From the NCBI GenBank assembly GCA_964401865.1, contig CAYNZZ010000012.1, positions 1 to 32,000 on the forward strand: 32,000 nucleotides of DNA. The letters run 5' to 3'. The position numbers were made by a program, and so were the translations under genes. This DNA is from an uncultured Erysipelotrichaceae bacterium. GTDB lineage: Bacteria; Bacillota_I; Bacilli_A; Erysipelotrichales; Erysipelotrichaceae. Under the pieces are notes generated by a model. It saw only the letters and a list, made by a program, of their open reading frames with translations, searched no databases and had not been told where the DNA came from. This document shows, one piece after another, positions 26,966-32,000 of this stretch (position 1 is the first letter of the stretch; every line of letters begins with the position of its first letter).

Positions 26966-27580
26966 ATGGAATTTTTATGGATTATAATATGGATGATATT
27001 AGGATATATCATCGGCTCAATATCATGGGCATTAATTATTGGAAAAGTCTTTTTTCACAAGGACATAAGAGAATATGGATCGGGGAATTTAGGCGGCACT
27101 AATGCTGGTAGAGTTTTAGGAAAACCAATAGGCATTATTGTCATTGTGTTAGATGCTTTAAAAGCTTTCTTGATAATGTGGGCTTGCTCATATATCTTTC
27201 CACCTGCAATACCATTTGCTGGTTTGGCAGTCAGTATTGGACATTGTTTCCCAATATTTGCGAATTTCAGAGGCGGAAAAGGAGTTGCCTGTGCAATTGG
27301 ATATCTGTTAGCGATGGGATTATTTGTAACACATGATGTCGTATTTATCTTTGTCTATCCGGTTTTAATTTTCTTTTTTGTTTTAGGACTTTCAAAGATG
27401 GTTTCCATCTCTTCAATGATAGCTTTAATATCGGCAACAATCATTGCCTTTATTACTTTTAAAAATACTACTTATGCTATATTAATCCTTATCTTAACAA
27501 TTTTAGTTATATTTAGACACACACCTAATATTAAAAGAATTATCAAGGGCAAAGAAAATAAAATTTCATTTATCAAATAG
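26966..27580 (+). CDS. plsY: Glycerol-3-phosphate acyltransferase PlsY
   Basis: GSGNLGGTNAGRVLG and FRGGKGVA motifs; multi-TM. The ATG at 26966 lies 6 nt after GGTGAGG; the track GTG at 26954 lies inside that SD. Confidence 0.93.
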   Translation: MEFLWIIIWMILGYIIGSISWALIIGKVFFHKDIREYGSGNLGGTNAGRVLGKPIGIIVIVLDALKAFLIMWACSYIFPPAIPFAGLAVSIGHCFPIFANFRGGKGVACAIGYLLAMGLFVTHDVVFIFVYPVLIFFFVLGLSKMVSISSMIALISATIIAFITFKNTTYAILILILTILVIFRHTPNIKRIIKGKENKISFIK

Positions 27581-27583
27581 CAA

Positions 27584-27618
27584 AATAACGGCGCAGTTCA
27601 ATACTGTGCCGTTATTTT
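27584..27618 (+). terminator. Terminator after plsY
   Basis: 14-bp stem AATAACGGCGCAGT / ACTGTGCCGTTATT with a 5-nt loop. The single G-T pair is a wobble only in the plus orientation. A T-run follows. Confidence 0.6.
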
Positions 27619-27637
27619 AATGCATATAATTATTTAA

Positions 27638-27664
27638 ATAAAAACATCAGCTTAGCCGATGTTT
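27638..27664 (-). terminator. Terminator after yneF
   Basis: Minus strand: AAACATC-ggctaagct-GATGTTT followed by TTTATTTAAAT; it overlaps the yneF stop. Confidence 0.45.
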
Positions 27665-27872
27665 ATTGTCCCATAGATTTCATAATAGAACGAATTTGTG
27701 CTTCAGATGGTTTTCTTCCCATTTGAAGGAACATTGCTCTAACCATCTTTTCAGTAATAGGTGGATTTTCTTTTATTTGTTTTTCAAAATAACGTTTTGT
27801 TAAAAAGAAACCGATTAAACCACCGATTAAACCGCCAATGACCAAATACATAATTGATGTCCAAACATTCAT
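27663..27872 (-). CDS. yneF: UPF0154 (YneF) small membrane protein
   Basis: 69 aa. One N-terminal TM (GGLIGGLIGFF), then KENPPITEKMVRAMFLQMGRKPSEAQIRSIMKSM, the UPF0154 signature. AGAGGTG SD 7 nt upstream. Confidence 0.88.
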   Translation of the reverse strand: MNVWTSIMYLVIGGLIGGLIGFFLTKRYFEKQIKENPPITEKMVRAMFLQMGRKPSEAQIRSIMKSMGQ

Positions 27873-27938
27873 TTTTTTACACCTCTTTCAATATTTACTG
27901 TTAGTTTATATTCTAACTAAAAAATACTACATTGTAAA

Positions 27939-28080
27939 CCTGATGGGGGGTAATTCCCTGACCCTCCCAGGTGGTTCATCTATACATCCCTTTAGGATCC
28001 TCACTTATAGCGAGTCTTCAACACCAGCATGTAACACGAATAGAACCATAATAAACATGTAGGAATTAAGAACCATCAGG
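27939..28080 (-). ncRNA. Candidate structured RNA, rod-like fold (6S-like architecture or yneF leader); family unassigned
   Basis: GC-enriched patch in AT-rich intergenic DNA. Closing helix 27939-27946 CCTGATGG with 28073-28080 CCATCAGG. Second helix 27951-27957 with 28062-28068 (TAATTCC/GGAATTA). GGTTC 27973-27977 pairs with GAACC 28043-28047. Apical hairpin at 28000-14. Several pairs are G-U only when read on the minus strand. TATAAT (28088-28093) lies 7 nt upstream of the 5' end of the helix. Confidence 0.45.
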
Positions 28081-28138
28081 CAATATGATTATAATATATA
28101 ATTTTTTAAATATATAGTCTTGACAAGATATTTTAATA

Positions 28139-28696
28139 TTACTTTGCGAAATCCTTCATAATTCCAACATAGATTTCTTTTAATTCTTTAATGGAATCTT
28201 CACTTGGATTTCCAGCTACCCAAGAGTTTACCACTGAGATATGGCCTTCTTGAGGCACGCCATTAACAATTGAAAACACATGAGGAGTATAAATAGTCTT
28301 TTCACCTAATTCATTTGTCCTCAATATCGGTTCAAGAATATCAACCACTTTTTCAAACGTTTCGCCTTTCAAAGGATATCTTTCACTTGTGCAATCTAAA
28401 TAATAAACAGTTACGTCGAGTTCTTCAGCAACTTCATTTACATATTGAGCTGCTTCTTGGCAAACATCGCAACCTTTATAACCCATAAATATAATTGCAG
28501 AATTACCATCTTCAACAACTTTCATCATTTCATCAGGACTAATTCCTCTAAAATTGTGTTCAGTTGAGCTAAGACCTTTATATCCGCTCATATCCACCGG
28601 ATAAGATTCAATCTCCTTTACATTTAACTCCACATTTGACTTTGCACACCCAAACAAAGTGAATAAAACAATTAAATAAAACAGTAATTTTTTCAT
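28139..28696 (-). CDS. Thioredoxin-fold lipoprotein (CxxC)
   Basis: 185 aa. Signal peptide plus lipobox LFGC, then a thioredoxin-like GYKGCDVCQEAAQYV (CDVC) segment. ATGA overlap with the upstream kinase gene. Confidence 0.7.
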   Translation of the reverse strand: MKKLLFYLIVLFTLFGCAKSNVELNVKEIESYPVDMSGYKGLSSTEHNFRGISPDEMMKVVEDGNSAIIFMGYKGCDVCQEAAQYVNEVAEELDVTVYYLDCTSERYPLKGETFEKVVDILEPILRTNELGEKTIYTPHVFSIVNGVPQEGHISVVNSWVAGNPSEDSIKELKEIYVGIMKDFAK

Positions 28697-29598
28697 CCTT
28701 TAAAACCTCCGACATTTAACCTATTGAAATTTTCTTCTGTAGCTTCTCTTGTAGCTAAATTACCCGTAAGAACTGTCGCGACACTCGCAGCATTGGCATA
28801 TCTGAATGCTTCAATCGGTGAAGCACCTTTTTGAATAGCATATAAATAACCAGCAACCATGCTGTCAGCCATCCCAGCGGTATTAGCCTTATCTTTTTCA
28901 TCGTGTAAGCATTGATATAAACCTTCACTACATGCAAATATCGAACCGAACTCACCAACAGGCACTATTAAATTATTAATACCATTTGCAACTAAATACT
29001 TCATCGTTTCAGCTTTATCCTTGTTTTTTCCAAGCTTAAGCAAATCATCCTCGTTTAAACGCACAAGATATGGTCTATATTTCAAACAATTCTCAACCAA
29101 TTCCACGCTTGTATCTAACACTATCTTTATACCATTACTTGATAAATCACAAATCAAATCAACCATTTTATCAAATATTTCAGTCTGAACATTACCGCTC
29201 AATACAAAAATATCATTCGGATAGATACGATATAATCGCTTCCTAAAACGATCGAATTCTTCTTCGCTGATGTGTGGGCCTTTCGCATTGATATCAATAG
29301 CCTCATTAGCGAATATCTTTAAATTAATACGTGTATTATCTTTAATACTGGTAAAAAGTGGTTCAATATAAGAATATTTCTTAATAAAAGACAGATAATA
29401 ATCTTTAGTAAAGCCACCAAGAAAACCAAGCGCAACATTTGGAATCATTAAATTGTTTAAAACGATCGATACATTCACTCCTTTTCCACCTGCATCATAA
29501 TCTTCTTTTAAAGCACGGTTAATGGTTCCGCCTTGTATATTAGAATCAAATGTTAAATAATAATCCAAAGATGGATTAACTGTACATGTATAAATCAT
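28693..29598 (-). CDS. PfkB-family sugar-phosphate kinase (1-phosphofructokinase/tagatose-6-P kinase-like)
   Basis: 301 aa. N-terminus TVNPSLDY and GGKGVNVS are typical of the FruK/LacC subgroup. The C-terminal anion-hole motif reads NTAGMADSMVAG instead of GAGD. No fruR/fruA neighbours. Confidence 0.75.
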   Translation of the reverse strand: MIYTCTVNPSLDYYLTFDSNIQGGTINRALKEDYDAGGKGVNVSIVLNNLMIPNVALGFLGGFTKDYYLSFIKKYSYIEPLFTSIKDNTRINLKIFANEAIDINAKGPHISEEEFDRFRKRLYRIYPNDIFVLSGNVQTEIFDKMVDLICDLSSNGIKIVLDTSVELVENCLKYRPYLVRLNEDDLLKLGKNKDKAETMKYLVANGINNLIVPVGEFGSIFACSEGLYQCLHDEKDKANTAGMADSMVAGYLYAIQKGASPIEAFRYANAASVATVLTGNLATREATEENFNRLNVGGFKG

Positions 29599-29661
29599 AG
29601 CTATATTTTATACCAATATACTTTTTTATAAAAGCGTAACATAAATGATATAATTTGGTTT

Positions 29662-31473
29662 ATGGAAGAATTAAGCTTATTTTTATTTGCAAATAAAGAA
29701 TTATTAAACATAGTTTTTATCTCTGCTATCCTAATTTTAGGACTCTATCTATTGCTTTATAAACATCTTAAAAAACATTTTTTCATTATCGCTCTCACAT
29801 GCGTATATGCTGTTTTATCCTTTTATAAACTAGGCTCTTTAAAATCTACAAATACTTTTTATGAAGTAACCAAACAAGATTCTTATGTCATTATGGAAAT
29901 CCTTGATGAAAATAAACAGTTTGATAAAATTTACACCACATCACTAGAAGGAATCTCTAATGGTGATGGGCGTTATCAAATTTACTATAACGAAATAATA
30001 ATTGAAGGAAGTAATGATTTAAATAACTATGAATATATCACTATTTTAATTGATAAAGATTTCGGCAAATGGAATGTCTATGAATCCGAAAACATCCTAT
30101 CGTATAAATATATTAGATTATCTTTTCATAGTACAAAATCATTGATCAACGAGATTGCTTTATATAATTCAGACCAAAAAGAACTTAAGAAGCTCGAAAT
30201 TTATGAAGCTAGCGATACTACTTATAACCCGAATAATCTAATTGACGAAAACGATAGTGTTGAAATAGATTTCGATTATCAAAACGAAACGTTTTTTGAT
30301 GAAATATATCATGTGCGAAACGCTTATGAAATAGTAAATCACTTGCCATTATACACTGCTGTTCATCCACTACTCGGTACTAGATTTATCGCTTTAGGCA
30401 TCAAACTATTCGGCATGAGTCCATTTGGTTACCGTTTTTTCGGTTCGCTTGTATCAGTGCTTTTGATTCCTATTATCTATTATTTAGCTATACTCCTATT
30501 TAAAAAGGAAAAATGGGCCAATATAACATCACTTTTATTCGCCTTAGACTTTATGCATTTAACAACCGGAAGAATTGCAACTCTTGAACCGTTTACTATC
30601 TTATGGATTCTTTTAATGTATATATTTATGGTTAAATTCGCTCAGACAAATTACCTAGATAAACTTGAAAAAGCGATTTTATATCTGTTTTTATCCGGTT
30701 TGATGATGTCGTTTTCTTGGGCTACAAAATGGACAGGAATTTATGCGTCAATTGGTTTAGCTCTGCTATTTTTCTATAGTCTTTGTAAACGATTCAGGCA
30801 AAGCAAAGATACAAATAAAATCAAAAAGACAATTATCATTTTATTACTGTGCATAATATTCTTCGTAATTATTCCGTCTGTCATATATGTCTTATCATAT
30901 CAAGGCATATACATCTATGATGAATTGCCTAGTTCAATTCCTGAAGCAATTAAACAAGTCAGCGATTATATAGGATACTCATTTAAATATCATAGCGGAT
31001 TAGATAGCACGCATCCGTATTCGTCCAAATGGTATATGTGGCTTTTTGATATAAGACCAATTTGGTACTATGTCAATCGTTTAGATCAAAATATTCAAAC
31101 CATTTCTTGTTTCAACAATCCAATAATTTCTATTGTTGGTGTTTTCACAATGATTTATACAATTTATTCAGCGATTAAAAGAAAAGACGAAACTGCTATT
31201 GCTATTTCTTTAGCTTATCTTTCATCATTAGTCCCTTGGATTTTCATTTCACGAACAACTTTTGCATATCACTACTACCCATGTATTCCTTTTTTAATTC
31301 TCGGAATTATATATTACTTTAAAAATAATAAAAAAGAAAAACTACTTAAAGTTTTTCTTTTAATCGCAATTGTTTTATTCGTACTATTTTTACCAGTAAT
31401 TACCGGTTTTGAAACTTATACTTTCTATGTATCAAAAATTCTAAGATTCTTACCAACTTGGTATTTTGGCTAA
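29662..31473 (+). CDS. GT-C fold, GT39/PMT-like (phospholipid-carrier-dependent) glycosyltransferase with N-terminal insertion
   Basis: 603 aa, polytopic. Loop-1 catalytic FFDEIYH (D213-E214), then AVHPLLGTRFIALG (PMT HPPLGK block). The C-terminal 4-TM region has WYMW...PIWYY. A soluble segment of about 145 aa lies between the first TM pair and the DE motif. Confidence 0.75.
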   Translation: MEELSLFLFANKELLNIVFISAILILGLYLLLYKHLKKHFFIIALTCVYAVLSFYKLGSLKSTNTFYEVTKQDSYVIMEILDENKQFDKIYTTSLEGISNGDGRYQIYYNEIIIEGSNDLNNYEYITILIDKDFGKWNVYESENILSYKYIRLSFHSTKSLINEIALYNSDQKELKKLEIYEASDTTYNPNNLIDENDSVEIDFDYQNETFFDEIYHVRNAYEIVNHLPLYTAVHPLLGTRFIALGIKLFGMSPFGYRFFGSLVSVLLIPIIYYLAILLFKKEKWANITSLLFALDFMHLTTGRIATLEPFTILWILLMYIFMVKFAQTNYLDKLEKAILYLFLSGLMMSFSWATKWTGIYASIGLALLFFYSLCKRFRQSKDTNKIKKTIIILLLCIIFFVIIPSVIYVLSYQGIYIYDELPSSIPEAIKQVSDYIGYSFKYHSGLDSTHPYSSKWYMWLFDIRPIWYYVNRLDQNIQTISCFNNPIISIVGVFTMIYTIYSAIKRKDETAIAISLAYLSSLVPWIFISRTTFAYHYYPCIPFLILGIIYYFKNNKKEKLLKVFLLIAIVLFVLFLPVITGFETYTFYVSKILRFLPTWYFG

Positions 31474-32000
31474 AAATTAGCTTCATCAAGTATTCTTAAA
31501 GCCAATTTCTTAGTCATATCACCTACATCATTCAACGGATTATATTCAACCAAATCGAATGAAACGATATAATCGCGATACTCTTTAAAAGATATCAGTA
31601 AATCTTCATAATCTTTTAAACTGCCACCATTCAAAACATCAGTTGAAACACCAGGAGCAATACTTGGATCAAGAAAATCTAAATCGTAACTTAAATGGAT
31701 TCCGGTAGTGTTTTTATTGGCAATTGCTATCGCTTCTTTCATTATCACTGGAATGCCTCTAGATTTGACTTCATCCATTGTATAAATTTTTACATTGGTT
31801 TTAGCAAGATTAATATATTCTCCATCGTCAATACTCCTAGCACCAATAATGACAGTATTATCTGATTTGATAAAGCTATCTAGATGATAATCAAATAAAT
31901 CATTTGCACCAAATCCATTTATACAAGCACAAGGCAAACCGTGTAAATTACCAGAAGTGGTAGAAGCCATAGTGTGATAATCAGTATGAGCGTCAATCCA
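31470..32000 (-). CDS. Arginase/ureohydrolase family protein, 3' portion (gene runs off the window end)
   Basis: The frame is open to base 32000: WIDAHTDYHT-MASTTSGNLHGLP (DAHxD and SGNxHG metal motifs), then HLSYDLDFLDP (DxDxxDP). The track start at 31970 is an internal Met. Confidence 0.85.
   Translation of the reverse strand, partial: WIDAHTDYHTMASTTSGNLHGLPCACINGFGANDLFDYHLDSFIKSDNTVIIGARSIDDGEYINLAKTNVKIYTMDEVKSRGIPVIMKEAIAIANKNTTGIHLSYDLDFLDPSIAPGVSTDVLNGGSLKDYEDLLISFKEYRDYIVSFDLVEYNPLNDVGDMTKKLALRILDEANF

Noticed and set aside
27838-28062. A 74-aa plus-strand ORF covering the structured-RNA region.
   Set aside because: It starts antisense inside yneF and has no SD. The region's paired segments and G-U pattern favour an RNA on the minus strand.
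27939-28080. Assigning the structured RNA to a known class (SRP RNA, T-box, TPP/FMN/cobalamin/ZTP/guanidine/c-di-AMP riboswitch, RNase P, tmRNA).
   Set aside because: The hallmark motifs I can recall are absent on either strand: SRP GGAAGCAGC with a GNRA apex, T-box GGUGGUACC, TPP CUGAGA, RNase P GAGGAAAGUCC, and the tmRNA tag/CCA end. Partial resemblances (GGTAATTCCC to the FMN element, CCTGGGAG to ZTP or guanidine elements) do not extend. The family is left unassigned.
28118-28130. A plus-strand TTGACA (28120-28125) and the palindrome TCTTGaCAAGA, considered as a promoter or terminator.
   Set aside because: No -10 lies at a usable spacing on the plus strand, and it points into the 3' end of a minus-strand gene. 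The palindrome would leave a 1-nt loop, so it cannot form a hairpin. On the minus strand TTGTCA is 27 nt from the TATAAT, which is too far.
28755-28958. A 67-aa minus-strand ORF inside the PfkB kinase gene.
   Set aside because: It is out of frame with the kinase, whose frame carries the conserved C-terminal motif, and nothing supports it.
31470-31473. The 4-nt convergent overlap of the glycosyltransferase stop (TAA 31471-31473) and the arginase-family stop (TAG on the minus strand, 31470-31472), considered as a possible annotation artefact or regulatory feature.
   Set aside because: Both frames carry family motifs right up to their C-termini. Overlapping convergent stops are plausible in a genome this compact. 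No hairpin is present, and nothing further can be inferred from the sequence alone.
1-32000. Alternative genetic code (UGA read as Trp), as in Mycoplasma and Spiroplasma.
   Set aside because: Long genes are uninterrupted under the standard code. TGA terminates lon, yqeK, yhbY, mtnN, the methyltransferase gene and the kinase gene exactly at the expected family lengths, often within ATGA overlaps.
1-32000. CRISPR arrays, IS elements or transposases, integrases, prophage genes, toxin-antitoxin or restriction-modification/defence cassettes, tRNA or rRNA genes.
   Set aside because: Reading both strands, I saw no direct-repeat/spacer periodicity, no inverted terminal repeats flanking an ORF, and no ORF with recombinase, nuclease or defence signatures. 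Every sizeable ORF is accounted for by a housekeeping or metabolic family. The only GC-rich non-coding blocks are the two T-box leaders and the candidate RNA at 27939-28080.

Overview
This window is a visibly AT-rich, tightly packed stretch of core chromosome from a low-GC Bacillota/Mollicutes-related bacterium. It uses the standard genetic code: TGA serves as a stop in several ATGA and TGATG start/stop overlaps. About 30 of 33 genes lie on the minus strand. Synteny is classic Firmicute: T-box-controlled thrS and valS; tig-lon-engB; the yqeG-yqeH-yhbY-(nadD)-yqeK-rsfS-yqeM train followed by mtnN-dnaD-nth; and plsY next to parE-parC with yneF nearby. The main metabolic module is a four-gene Hnd/HydABC-type [FeFe] hydrogenase operon (NuoE-like, small subunit, NuoF-like, M3 HydA). 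I found no CRISPR array, transposase, integrase, phage gene, toxin-antitoxin pair or recognisable defence island, so I do not claim a novel system. Six items are worth a second look. (1) The small hydrogenase subunit is a thioredoxin-like [2Fe-2S] fold with all four Cys ligands replaced. (2) The HydA L1 motif reads TSCSPGW instead of TSCCPxW. (3) A GC-enriched, rod-like structured RNA candidate of about 142 nt lies upstream of yneF. (4) A shrunken, motif-dead NadD remnant is fused to YqeK. (5) A CofE-like ligase is translationally coupled to a DUF1846/UPF0371 protein. (6) A GT39/PMT-like glycosyltransferase carries a large insertion in its catalytic loop. All calls come from reading the sequence and from recalled family signatures; no searches or folding programs were run.
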